DNA of 64,000 nucleotides from positions 62,001 to 126,000 of the forward strand of contig JASTWF010000360.1 of NCBI GenBank assembly GCA_030390025.1, in the 5' to 3' direction. The notes below the pieces were generated by a model, which was given only the letters and a program-made list of their open reading frames with translations, did not search any database and was not told the DNA's origin. The stretch's first letter is position 1. Every line of letters starts with the position of its first letter. A program made the translations under genes and the position numbers. This DNA is from Squalus acanthias (Eukaryota). Shown piece after piece: positions 33,080 to 48,000 of the stretch.

Positions 33080-36000
33080 TACTGATTGGGCAGCACTGAG
33101 AGAGGGACAGATTCACAATGTACTGATTGGGCAGCACTGAGAGAGGGACAGGCTCACAATGTGCTGATTGGGCAGCACTGAGAGAGGGTCAGGCTCACAA
33201 TGTACTGATTGGGCAGCACTGAGAGAGGGACAGACTCACAATGTACTGATTGGGAAGCACTGAGAGAGGGACAGGCTAACAGTGCACTGATTGGGCAGCA
33301 CTGAGAGAGGGACAGGCTCACAATGTACTGATTGACCAGCACTGAGAGAGGGACAGACTCACAATGTACTGATTGGGATGCACTGAGAGAGGGACAGGCT
33401 CACAATGTATTGATTGACCAGCACTGAGAGAGGGACAGACTCACAAAGTACTGATTGACCAGCACTGAGAGAGGGACAGGCTCACAATGTACTGATTGGG
33501 CAGCACTGAGAGAGGGACAGGCTCACAATGTACTGATTGGGCAGCACTGAGAGAGGGACAGGCTCACAATGTACTGATGGGGCATCATTGAGAGAGGGAC
33601 AGGCTCACACTGTACTGATTGGGCAGCACTGAGAGAGGGACAGACTCACAATGTACTGATTGACCAGCACTGAGAGAGGGACAGGCTCACAATGTACTGA
33701 TTGGGCATCACTGAGAGGGGGATAGGCTCACAATGTACTGATTGGCAGCACTGAGAGAGGGACAGACTCACAATGTACTGATTGACCAGCACTGAGAGAG
33801 GGACAGACTCACAATGTACTGATTGGACAGCAATGAGAGAGGGACAGGCTCACAATGTACTGATTGGGCATCACTGAGAGAGGGACAGACTCACAATGTA
33901 CTGATTGGACAGCAATGAGAGAGGGACAGGCTCACAATGTACTGATTGACCAGCACTGAGAGAGGGACAGACTCACAATGTACTGATTGGGCATCACTGA
34001 GAGAGGGACAGACTCACAATGTACTGATTGGACAGCAATGAGAGAGGGACAGGCTCACAATGTACTGATTGACCAGCACTGAGAGAGGGACAGACTCACA
34101 ATGTACTGATTGGGCATCACTGAGAGAGGGACAGGCTCACAATGTACTGATTGGGCATCACTGAGAGAGGGACAGACTCACAATGTACTGATTGGGCAGC
34201 ACTGAGAGAGGGACAGACTCACAATGTACTGATTGGGCAGCACTGAGAGGGGGACAGGCTCACAATGTACTGATTGGGTAGCACTGAGAGAGGGACAGGC
34301 TCACAATGTACTGATTGGGCAGCACTGAGAGAGGGACAGACTCACAATGTACTGATTGGGCATCACTGAGAGAGGGACAGGCTCACAATGTACTGATTGG
34401 GCAGCACTGAGAGAGGGACAGACTCACAATGTACTGATTGGGCAGCACAGAGAGGGACAGACTCACAATGTACTGATTGGCAGCACTGAGAGAGGGACAA
34501 GCTCACAATGTACTGATTGGGCAGCACAGAGCGGGACAGGCTCACAATGTACTGATTGGGCAGCACTGAGAGAGGGACAGACTCACAATGTACTGATTGG
34601 GCAGCACTGAGAGGGGGACAGGCTCACAATGTACTGATTGGGCAGCACTGAGAGGGGGACAGGCTCACAATGTACTGATTGGGCAGCACTGAGAGAGGGA
34701 CAGGCTCACAATGTACTGATTGGGCAGCACTGAGAGAGGGTCGGACTCACAATGTACTGATTGCGCAGAACTGAGAGAGGGACAGGCTCACAATGTACTG
34801 ATTGGGCGGCACTGAGAGAGGGACAGGCTCACAATGTACTGATTGGGCAGCACTGAGAGAGGGACGGGCTCACAATGTACTGATTGGGCAGCACTGAGAG
34901 AGGGACAGGCTCACAATGTACTGATTGATCAGCACCGAGAGAGGGTCAGGCTCACAATGTACTGATTGGGCAGCACTGAGAGAGGGACAGGCTCACAATG
35001 TACTGATTGACCAGCACCGAGAGAGGGACAGGCTCACAATGTACTGATTGGACAGCACTGAGAGAGGGACAGGCTCACAATGTACAGATTGGGCAGCACT
35101 GAGAGAGGGTCAGGCTCACAATGTACTGATTGGGCAGCACTGAGAGAGGGACAGACTCACAATGTACTGATTGGGCAGCACTGAGAGAGGGACAGGCTCA
35201 CAATGTGCTGATTGGGCAGCACTGAGAGAGGGACAGGCTCACAATGTACTGATTGGGCAGCACTGAGAGAGGGACAGACTCACAATGTACTGATTGGGCA
35301 GCACAGAGAGGGACAGACTCACAATGTACTGATTGGCAGCACTGAGAGAGGGACAAGCTCACAATGTACTGATTGGGCAGCACTGAGAGAGGGACAGGCT
35401 CACAATGTACTGATTGACCAGCACCGAGAGAGGGACAGGCTCACAATGTACTGATTGATCAGCACCGAGAGAGGGTCAGGCTCACAATGTACTGATTGGG
35501 CAGCACTGAGAGAGGGACAGGCTCACAATGTACTGATTGGGCAGCACTGAGAGAGGGTCAGGCTCACAATGTACTGATTGGGCAGCACTGAGAGAGGGAC
35601 AGACTCACAATGTACTGATTGACCAGCACTGAGAGAGGGACAGGCTCACAATGTGCTGATTGGGCAGCACTGAGAGAGGGTCAGGCTCACAATGTACTGA
35701 TTGGGCAGCACTGAGAGAGGGACAGACTCACAATGTACTGAGTGGGAAGCACTGAGAGAGGGACAGGCTAACAGTGCACTGATTGAGCAGCACTGAGAGA
35801 GGGACAGGCTCACAATGTACTGATTGACCAGCACTGAGAGAGGGACAGACTCACAATGTACTGATTGGGATGCACTGAGAGAGGGACAGGCTCACAATGT
35901 ATTGATTGACCAGCACTGAGAGAGGGACAGACTCACAAAGTACTGATTGACCAGCACTGAGAGAGGGACAGGCTCACAATGTACTGATTGGGCAGCACTG

Positions 36001-39000
36001 AGAGAGGGACAGGCTCACAATGTACTGATTGGGCAGCACTGAGAGAGGGACAGGCTCACAATGTACTGATTGGGCAGCACTGAGAGAGGGACAGGCTCAC
36101 AATGTACTGATGGGGCATCATTGAGAGAGGGACAGGCTCACACTGTACTGATTGGGCAGCACTGAGAGAGGGACAGACTCACAATGTACTGATTGACCAG
36201 CACTGAGAGAGGGACAGGCTCACAATGTACTGATTGGGCATCACTGAGAGGGGGATAGGCTCACAATGTACTGATTGGGCAGCACTGAGAGAGGGACAGA
36301 CTCACAAAATATTGATTGACCAGCACTGAGAGAGGGACAGACTCACAATGTACTGATTGGACAGCAATGAGAGAGAGACAGGCTCACAATGTACTGATTG
36401 GGCATCACTGAGAGAGGGACAGACTCACAATGTACTGATTGGACAGCAATGAGAGAGGGACAGGCTCACAATGTACTGATTGACCAGCACTGAGAGAGGG
36501 ACAGACTCACAATGTACTGATTGGGCATCACTGAGAGAGGGACAGACTCACAATGTACTGATTGGACAGCAATGAGAGAGGGACAGGCTCACAATGTACT
36601 GATTGACCAGCACTGAGAGAGGGACAGACTCACAATGTACTGATTGGGCATCACTGAGAGAGGGACAGGCTCACAATGTACTGATTGACCAGCACTGAGA
36701 GAGGGACAGGCTCACAATGTACTGATTTTGCAGCACTGAGAGAGGGACAGACTCACAATGTACTGATTGGGCATCACTGAGAGAGGGACAGGCTCACAAT
36801 GTGCTGATTGGGTATCACTGAGAGAGGGACAGGCTCACAATGTGCTGATTGGGTATCACTGAGAGAGGGACAGACTCACAATGTACTGATTGGACAGCAA
36901 TGAGAGAGGGACAGGCTCGCAATGTACTGATTGACCAGCACTGAGAGAGGGACAGGCTCACAATGTACTGATTGGGCATCACTGAGAGAGGGACAGACTC
37001 ACAATGTACTGATTGGGCATCACTGAGAGAGGGACAGACTCACAATGTACTGATTGGGCAGCACTGAGAGAGGGACAGACTCACAATGTACTGATTGGGC
37101 AGCACTGAGAGGGGGACAGGCTCACAATGTACTGATTGACCAGCACTGAGAGAGGGACAGACTCACAATGTACTGATTGGGCATCACTGAGAGAGGGACA
37201 GGCTCACAATGTACTGATTGGGCATCACTGAGAGAGGGACAGACTCACAATGTACTGATTGGACAGCAATGAGAGAGGGACAGGCTCACAATGTACTGAT
37301 TGACCAGCACTGAGAGAGGGACAGACTCACAATGTACTGATTGGGCATCACTGAGAGAGGGACAGACTCACAATGTACTGATTGGGCATCACTGAGAGAG
37401 GGACAGACTCACAATGTACTGATTGGGCAGCACTGAGAGAGGGACAGCCTCACAATGTACTGATTGGGCAGCACTGAGAGGGGGACAGGCTCACAATGTA
37501 CTGATTGGGCATCACTGAGAGAGGGACAGGCTCACAATGTACTGATTGGGCATCACTGAGAGAGGGACAGACTCACAATGTACTGATTGGGCATCACTGA
37601 GAGAGGGACAGACTCACAATGTACTGATTGGGCAGCACTGAGAGAGGGACAGCCTCACAATGTACTGATTGGGCAGCACTGAGAGGGGGACAGGCTCACA
37701 ATGTACTGATTGGGTAGCACTGAGAGAGGGACAGGCTCACAATGTACTGATTTTGCAGCACTGAGAGAGGGACAGACTCACAATGTACTGATTGGGCAGC
37801 ACTGAGAGAGGGACAGGCTCACAATGTGCTGATTGGGTATCACTGAGAGAGGGACAGGCTCACAATGTGCTGATTGGGTATCACTGAGAGAGGGAGAGAC
37901 TCACAATGTACTGATTGGACAGCAATGAGAGAGGGACAGGCTCGCAATGTACTGATTGACCAGCACTGAGAGAGGGACAGATTCACAATGTACTGATTGG
38001 GCATCACTGAGAGAGGGACAGGCTCACAATGTACTGATTGGGCATCACTGAGAGAGGGACAGACTCACAATGTACTGATTGGGCATCACTGAGAGAGGGA
38101 CAGACTCACAATGTACTGATTGGGCAGCACTGAGAGAGGGACAGACTCACAATGTACTGATTGGGCAGCACTGAGAGGGGGACAGGCTCACAATGTACTG
38201 ATTGGGTAGCACTGAGAGAGGGACAGGCTCACAATGTACTGATTGGGCAGCACTGAGAGAGGGACAGGCTCACAATGTACTGATTGGGCAGCACAGAGAG
38301 GGACAGACGCACAATGTACTGATTGGCAGCACTGAGAGAGGGACAGAGTCACAATGTACTGATTGGGCAGCACTGAGAGGGGGACAGGCTCACAATGTTC
38401 TGATTGGGCAGCACTGAGAGGGGGACAGGCTCACAATGTACTGATTGGGCAGCACTGAGAGAGGGACAGACTCACAATGTACTGATTGGGCATCACTGAG
38501 AGAGGGACAGGCTCACAATGTACTGATTGGGCATCACTGAGAGAGGGACAGACTCACAATGTACTGATTGGGCATCACTGAGAGAGGGACAGACTCTCAA
38601 TGTACTGATTGGGCAGCACTGAGAGAGGGACAGACTCACAATGTACTGATTGGGCAGCACTGAGAGGGGGACAGGCTCACAATGTACTGATTGGGTAGCA
38701 CTGAGAGAGGGACAGGCTCACAATGTACTGATTGGGCAGCACTGAGAGAGGGACAGACTCACAATGTACTGATTGGGCATCACTGAGAGAGGGACAGACT
38801 CTCAATGTACTGATTGGGCAGCACTGAGAGAGGGACAGACTCACAATGTACTGATTGGGCAGCACTGAGAGGGGGACAGGCTCACAATGTACTGATTGGG
38901 TAGCACTGAGAGAGGGACAGGCTCACAATGTACTGATTGGGCAGCACTGAGAGAGGGACAGGCTCACAATGTACTGATTGGGCAGCACTGAGAGGGGGAC

Positions 39001-42000
39001 AGGCTCACAATGTACTGATTGGGTAGCACAGAGAGGGACAGGCTCACAATGTACTGATTGGGCAGCACTGAGAGAGGGACAGACTCACAATGTACTGATT
39101 GGGCAGCACAGAGAGGGACAGACTCACAATGTACTGATTGGCAGCACTGAGAGAGGGACAAGCTCACAATGTACTGATTGGGCAGCACAGAGCGGGACAG
39201 GCTCACAATGTACTGATTGGGCAGCACTGAGAGAGGGACAGACTCACAATGTACTGATTGGGCAGCAGTGAGAGAGGGACAGGCTCACAATGTACTGATT
39301 GGGCAGCACTGAGAGTGGGACAGACTCACAATGTACTGATTGGGCAGCACTGAGAGGGGGACAGGCTCACAATGTACTGATTGGGTAGCACTGAGAGCGG
39401 GACAGACTCACAATGTACTGATTGGGCAGCACTGAGAGAGGTACAGGCTCACAATGTACTGATTCACCAGCACTGAGAGAGGGACAGGCTCACAATGTAC
39501 TGATTGGGCAGCACTGAGAGAGGGACAGGCTCACAATGTACTGATTGGGCAGCACTGAGAGAGGGACAGACTCACAATGTACTGATTGGGAAGCACTGAG
39601 AGAGGGACAGGCTAACAGTGCACTGATTGGGCAGCACTGAGAGAGGGACAGGCTCACAATGTACTGATTGACCAGCACTGAGAGAGGGACAGACTCACAA
39701 TGTACTGATTGGGATGCAATGAGAGAGGGACAGGCTCACAATGTATTGATTGACCAGCACTGAGAGAGGGACAGACTCACAAAGTACTGATTGACCAGCA
39801 CTGAGAGAGGGACAGGCTCACAATGTACTGATTGGGCAGCACTGAGAGAGGGACAGGCTCACAATGTACTGATTGGGCAGCACTGAGAGAGGGACAGGCT
39901 CACAATGTACTGATTGGGCAGCACTGAGAGAGGGACAGGCTCACAATGTACTGATGGGGCATCATTGAGAGAGGGACAGGCTCACACTGTACTGATTGGG
40001 CAGCACTGAGAGAGGGACAGACTCACAATGTACTGATTGGCCAGCACTGAGAGAGGGACAGGCTCACAATGTACTGATTGGGCATCACTGAGAGGGGGAC
40101 AGGCTCACAATGTACTGATTGGGCAGCACTGAGAGAGGGACAGACTCACAATGTACTGATTGACCAGCACTGAGAGAGGGACAGACTCACAATGTACTGA
40201 TTGGACAGCACTGAGAGAGGGACAGGCTCACAATGTACTGATTGGGCATCACTGAGAGAGGGACAGACTCCCAATGTACTGATTGGACAGCAATGAGAGA
40301 GGGACAGGCTCACAATGTACTGATTGACCAGCACTGAGAGAGGGACAGACTCACAATGTACTGATTGGGCAGCACTGAGAGAGGGACAGACTCACAATGT
40401 ACTGATTGGACAGCAATGAGAGAGGGACAGGCTCACAATGTACTGATTGACCAGCACTGAGAGAGGGACAGACTCACAATGTACTGATTGGGCATCACTG
40501 AGAGAGGGACAGGCTCACAATGTACTGATTGGGCAGCACTGAGAGAGGGACAGACTCACAATGTACTGATTGGACAGCAATGAGAGAGGGACAGGCTCAC
40601 AATGTACTGATTGACCAGCACTGAGAGAGGGACAGACTCACAATGTACTGATTGGGCAGCACTGAGAGAGGGACAGACTCACAATGTACTGATTGGACAG
40701 CACTGAGAGAGGGACAGGCTCACAATGTACTGATTGACCAGCACTGAGAGAGGGACAGACTCACAATGTACTGATTGGGCAGCACTGAGAGAGGGACAGG
40801 CTCACAATGTACTGATTGGGCAGCACTGAGAGAGGGACAGACTCACAATGTACTGATTGGGCAGCACTGAGAGAGGGACAGACTCACAATGTACTGATTG
40901 GGCAGCACTGAGAGAGGGACAGACTCACAATGTACTGATTGGGCAGCACTGAGAGAGGGACAGGCTCACAATGTACTGATTGGGCAGCACTGAGAGAGGG
41001 ACAGACTCACAATGTACTGATTGGGCAGCACTGAGAGAGGGACAGGCTCACAATGTACTGATTGGGCAGCACTGAGAGAGGGACAGACTCACAATGTACT
41101 GATTGGCAGCACTGAGAGAGGGACAGACTCACAATGTACTGATTGGGCAGCACTGAGAGAGGGACAGACTCACAATGTACTGATTGGGCAGCACTGAGAG
41201 AGGGACAGGCTCACAATGTACTGATTGGGCAGCACTGAGAGAGGGACAGGCTCACAATGTACTGATTGGGCAGCACTGAGAGAGGGACAGGCTCACAATG
41301 TACTGATTGGGCAGCACTGAGAGAGGGACAGGCTCACAATGTACTGATTGGGCAGCACTGAGAGAGGGACAGGCTCACAATGTACTGATTGGGCAGCACT
41401 GAGAGAGGGACAGGCTCACAATGTACTGATTGGGCAGCACTGAGAGAGGGACAGGACTCACAATGTACTGATTGGGCAGCACTGAGAGAGGGACAGGCTC
41501 ACAATGTACTGATTGGCAGCACTGAGAGAGGGACAGGCTCACAATGTACTGATTGGGCAGCACTGAGAGAGGGACAGGCTCACAATGTACTGATTGGGCA
41601 GCACTGAGAGAGGGACAGACTCACAATGTACTGATTGGGCAGCACTGAGAGAGGGACAGGCTCACAATGTACTGATTGGGCAGCACTGAGAGAGGGACAG
41701 GCTCACAATGTACTGATTGGGCAGCACTGAGAGAGGGACAGGCTCACAATGTACTGATTGGGCAGCACTGAGAGAGGGACAGGCTCACAATGTACTGATT
41801 GGGCAGCACTGAGAGAGGGACAGGCTCACAATGTACTGATTGGGCAGCACTGAGAGAGGGACAGACTCACAATGTACTGATTGGCAGCACTGAGAGAGGG
41901 ACAGGCTCACAATGTACTGATTGGGCAGCACTGAGAGAGGGACAGGCTCACAATGTACTGATTGGGCAGCACTGAGAGAGGGACAGGCTCACAATGTACT

Positions 42001-45000
42001 GATTGGGCAGCACTGAGAGAGGGACAGACTCACAATGTACTGATTGGGCAGCACTGAGAGAGGGACAGGCTCACAATGTACTGATTGGGCAGCACTGAGA
42101 GAGGGACAGACTCACAATGTACTGATTGGGCAGCACTGAGAGAGGGACAGACTCACAATGTACTGATTGGGCAGCACTGAGAGAGGGACAGACTCACAAT
42201 GTACTGATTGGGCAGCACTGAGAGAGGGACAGGCTCACAATGTACTGATTGGGCAGCACTGAGAGAGGGACAGGCTCACAATGTACTGATTGGGCAGCAC
42301 TGAGAGAGGGACAGACTCACAATGTACTGATTGGGCAGCACTGAGAGAGGGACAGACTCACAATGTACTGATTGGGCAGCACTGAGAGAGGGACAGACTC
42401 ACAATGTACTGATTGGGCAGCACTGAGAGAGGGACAGGCTCACAATGTACTGATTGGGCAGCACTGAGAGAGGGACAGGCTCACAATGTACTGATTGGGC
42501 AGCACTGAGAGAGGGACAGGCTCACAATGTACTGATTGGGCAGCACTGAGAGAGGGACAGGCTCACAATGTACTGATTGGGCAGCACTGAGAGAGGGACA
42601 GGCTCACAATGTACTGATTGGGCAGCACTGAGAGAGGGACAGACTCACAATGTACTGATTGGGCAGCACTGAGAGAGGGACAGACTCACAATGTACTGAT
42701 TGGGAGCGCTGAGAGAGGGACAGCTCACAATGTACTGATTGGGCAGCACTGAGAGAGGGACAGGCTCACAATGTACTGATTGGGCAGCACTGAGAGAGGG
42801 ACAGACTCACAATGTACTGATTGGGCAGCACTGAGAGAGGGACAGGCTCACAATGTACTGATTGGGCAGCACTGAGAGAGGGACAGACTCACAATGTACT
42901 GATTGGGCAGCACTGAGAGAGGGACAGGCTCACAATGTACTGATTGGGCAGCACTGAGAGAGGGACAGACTCACAATGTACTGATTGGGCAGCACTGAGA
43001 GAGGGACAGGCTCACAATGTACTGATTGGCAGCACTGAGAGAGGGACAGGCTCACAATGTACTGATTGGGCAGCACTGAGAGAGGGACAGGCTCACAATG
43101 TACTGATTGGGCAGCACTGAGAGAGGGACAGACTCACAATGTACTGATTGGGCAGCACTGAGAGAGGGACAGGCTCACAATGTACTGATTGGGCAGCACT
43201 GAGAGAGGGACAGGCTCACAATGTACTGATTGGCAGCACTGAGAGAGGGACAGACTCACAATGTACTGATTGGGCAGCACTGAGAGAGGGACAGGCTCAC
43301 AATGTACTGATTGGCAGCACTGAGAGAGGGACAGACTCACAATGTACTGATTGGCAGCACTGAGAGAGGGACAGGCTCACAATGTACTGATTGGGCAGCA
43401 CTGAGAGAGGGACAGGCTCACAATGTACTGATTGGGCAGCACTGAGAGAGGGACAGGCTCACAATGTACTGATTGGGCAGCACTGAGAGAGGGACAGGCT
43501 CACAATGTACTGATTGGGCAGCACTGAGAGAGGGACAGGCTCACAATGTACTGATTGGGCAGCACTGAGAGAGGGACAGACTCACAATGTACTGATTGGC
43601 AGCACTGAGAGAGGGACAGGCTCACAATGTACTGATTGGGCAGCACTGAGAGAGGGACAGGCTCACAATGTACTGATTGGGCAGCACTGAGAGAGGGACA
43701 GACTCACAATGTACTGATTGGCAGCACTGAGAGAGGGACAGACTCACAATGTACTGATTGGACAGCACTGAGAGAGGGACAGGCTCACAATGTACTGATT
43801 GGGCAGCACTGAGAGAGGGACAGACTCACAATGTACTGATTGGGCAGCACTGAGAGAGGGACAGGCTCACAATGTACTGATTGGCAGCACTGAGAGAGGG
43901 ACAGACTCACAATGTACTGATTGGGCAGCACTGAGAGAGGGACAGGCTCACAATGTACTGATTGGGCAGCACTGAGAGAGGGACAGGCTCACAATGTACT
44001 GATTGACCAGCACTGAGAGAGGGACAGACTCACAATGTACTGATTGGCAGCACTGAGAGAGGGACAGGCTCACAATGTACTGATTGGGCAGCACTGAGAG
44101 AGGGACAGACTCACAATGTACTGATTGGACAGCACTGAGAGAGGGACAGGCTCACAATGTACTGATTGGGCAGCACTGAGAGAGGGACAGACTCACAATG
44201 TACTGATTGGGCAGCACTGAGAGAGGGACAGACTCACAATGTACTGATTGGCAGCACTGAGAGAGGGACAGGCTCACAATGTACTGATTGGCAGCACTGA
44301 GAGAGGGACAGACTCACAATGTACTGATTGGGCAGCACTGAGAGAGGGACAGGCTCACAATGTACTGATTGGGCAGCACTGAGAGAGGGACAGGCTCACA
44401 ATGTACTGATTGGGCAGCACTGAGAGAGGGACAGACTCACAATGTACTGATTGGGCAGCACTGAGAGAGGGACAGACTCACAATGTACTGATTGGGCAGC
44501 ACTGAGAGAGGGACAGGCTCACAATGTACTGATTGGGCAGCACTGAGAGAGGGACAGGCTCACAATGTACTGATTGGGCAGCACTGAGAGAGGGACAGAC
44601 TCACAATGTACTGATTGGGCAGCACTGAGAGAGGGACAGACTCACAATGTACTGATTGGCAGCACTGAGAGAGGGACAGGCTCACAATGTACTGATTGGC
44701 AGCACTGAGAGAGGGACAGGCTCACAATGTACTGATTGGGCAGCACTGAGAGAGGGACAGACTCACAATGTACTGATTGGGCAGCACTGAGAGAGGGACA
44801 GGCTCACAATGTACTGATTGGGCAGCACTGAGAGAGGGACAGACTCACAATGTACTGATTGGGCAGCACTGAGAGAGGGACAGGCTCACAATGTACTGAT
44901 TGGGCAGCACTGAGAGAGGGACAGGCTCACAATGTACTGATTGGGCAGCACTGAGAGAGGGACAGGCTCACAATGTACTGATTGGGCAGCACTGAGAGAG

Positions 45001-48000
45001 GGACAGGACTCACAATGTACTGATTGGCAGCACTGAGAGAGGGACAGGCTCACAATGTACTGATTGGGCAGCACTGAGAGAGGGACAGGCTCACAATGTA
45101 CTGATTGGGCAGCACTGAGAGAGGGACAGGCTCACAATGTACTGATTGGGCAGCACTGAGAGAGGGACAGGCTCACAATGTACTGATTGGCAGCACTGAG
45201 AGAGGGACAGGCTCACAATGTACTGATTGGGCAGCACTGAGAGAGGGACAGGCTCACAATGTACTGATTGGGCAGCACTGAGAGAGGGACAGGCTCACAA
45301 TGTACTGATTGGCAGCACTGAGAGAGGGACAGGCTCACAATGTACTGATTGGGCAGCACTGAGAGAGGGACAGGCTCACAATGTACTGATTGACCAGCAC
45401 TGAGAGAGGGACAGGCTCACAATGTACTGATTGGACAGCACTGAGAGAGGGACAGGCTCACAATGTACTGATTGGGCAGCACTGAGAGAGGGACAGGCTC
45501 ACAATGTACTGATTGGGCAGCACTGAGAGAGGGACAGACTCACAATGTACTGATTGGGCAGCACTGAGAGAGGGACAGACTCACAATGTACTGATTGGCA
45601 GCACTGAGAGAGGGACAGCTCACAATGTACTGATTGGGCAGCACTGAGAGAGGGACAGGCTCACAATGTACTGATTGGGCAGCACTGAGAGAGGGACAGA
45701 CTCACAATGTACTGATTGGGCAGCACTGAGAGAGGGACAGGCTCACAATGTACTGATTGGGCAGCACTGAGAGAGGGACAGACTCACAATGTACTGATTG
45801 GGCAGCACTGAGAGAGGGACAGGCTCACAATGTACTGATTGGGCAGCACTGAGAGAGGGACAGACTCACAATGTACTGATTGGGCAGCACTGAGAGAGGG
45901 ACAGGCTCACAATGTACTGATTGACCAGCACTGAGAGAGGGACAGGCTCACAATGTACTGATTGGGCAGCACTGAGAGAGGGACAGGCTCACAATGTACT
46001 GATTGGGCAGCACTGAGAGAGGGACAGACTCACAATGTACTGATTGGACAGCACTGAGAGAGGGACAGGCTCACAATGTACTGATTGGGCAGCACTGAGA
46101 GAGGGACAGACTCACAATGTACTGATTGGGCAGCACTGAGAGAGGGACAGGCTCACAATGTACTGATTGGGCAGCACTGAGAGAGGGACAGGCTCACAAT
46201 GTACTGATTGGGCAGCACTGAGAGAGGGACAGGCTCACAATGTACTGATTGGGCAGCACTGAGAGAGGGACAGGCTCACAATGTACTGATTGGGCAGCAC
46301 TGAGAGAGGGACAGGCTCACAATGTACTGATTGGGCAGCACTGAGAGAGGGACAGGCTCACAATGTACTGATTGGGCAGCACTGAGAGAGGGACAGACTC
46401 ACAATGTACTGATTGGGCAGCACTGAGAGAGGGACAGGCTCACAATGTACTGATTGGGCAGCACTGAGAGAGGGACAGGCTCACAATGTACTGATTGGGC
46501 AGCACTGAGAGAGGGACAGGCTCACAATGTACTGATTGGCAGCACTGAGAGAGGGACAGACTCACAATGTACTGATTGGGCAGCACTGAGAGAGGGACAG
46601 GCTCACAATGTACTGATTGGCAGCACTGAGAGAGGGACAGACTCACAATGTACTGATTGGCAGCACTGAGAGAGGGACAGGCTCACAATGTACTGATTGG
46701 GCAGCACTGAGAGAGGGACAGGCTCACAATGTACTGATTGGGCAGCACTGAGAGAGGGACAGGCTCACAATGTACTGATTGGGCAGCACTGAGAGAGGGA
46801 CAGGCTCACAATGTACTGATTGGGCAGCACTGAGAGAGGGACAGACTCACAATGTACTGATTGACAGCACTGAGAGAGGGACAGGCTCACAATGTACTGA
46901 TTGGGCAGCACTGAGAGAGGGACAGGCTCACAATGTACTGATTGGGCAGCACTGAGAGAGGGACAGACTCACAATGTACTGATTGGACAGCACTGAGAGA
47001 GGGACAGGCTCACAATGTACTGATTGGGCAGCACTGAGAGAGGGACAGGCTCACAATGTACTGATTGGGCAGCACTGAGAGAGGGACAGACTCACAATGT
47101 ACTGATTGGGCAGCACTGAGAGAGGGACAGGCTCACAATGTACTGATTGACCAGCACTGAGAGAGGGACAGACTCACAATGTACTGATTGGGCAGCACTG
47201 AGAGAGGGACAGGCTCACAATGTACTGATTGGGCAGCACTGAGAGAGGGACAGACTCACAATGTACTGATTGGGCAGCACTGAGAGAGGGACAGACTCAC
47301 AATGTACTGATTGGGCAGCACTGAGAGAGGGACAGGCTCACAATGTACTGATTGGGCAGCACTGAGAGAGGGACAGACTCACAATGTACTGATTGGGCAG
47401 CACTGAGAGAGGGACAGGCTCACAATGTACTGATTGGGCAGCACTGAGAGAGGGACAGACTCACAATGTACTGATTGGGCAGCACTGAGAGAGGGACAGG
47501 CTCACAATGTACTGATGGGCAGCACTGAGAGAGGGACAGGCTCACAATGTACTGATTGGGCAGCACTGAGAGAGGGACAGGCTCACAATGTACTGATTGG
47601 CAGCACTGAGAGAGGGACAGGCTCACAATGTACTGATTGGGCAGCACTGAGAGAGGGACAGGCTCACAATGTACTGATTGACAGCACTGAGAGAGGGACA
47701 GGCTCACAATGTACTGATTGGGCAGCACTGAGAGAGGGACAGGCTCACAATGTACTGATTGGGCAGCACTGAGAGAGGGACAGGCTCACAATGTACTGAT
47801 TGGGCAGCACTGAGAGAGGGACAGGCTCACAATGTACTGATTGGGCAGCACTGAGAGAGGGACAGACTCACAATGTACTGATTGGGCAGCACTGAGAGAG
47901 GGACAGGCTCACAATGTACTGATTGGGCAGCACTGAGAGAGGGACAGGCTCACAATGTACTGATTGGGCAGCACTGAGAGAGGGACAGACTCACAATGTA

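Larger units (their letters stand above)
13800..36700. repeat. Higher-order repeat of the 41-bp satellite, unit 2411 bp (59 monomers minus 8 bp), interrupted by the LTR element
   Basis: Identical variant-dependent ORFs recur at 2411-bp spacing (15154/17565, 20834/23245, 16010/18421, 19279/21690/24101, 19727/22138). Variant spacings of 2575, 3269 and 2492 correspond to whole extra monomers. Boundaries are approximate. Confidence 0.85.
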
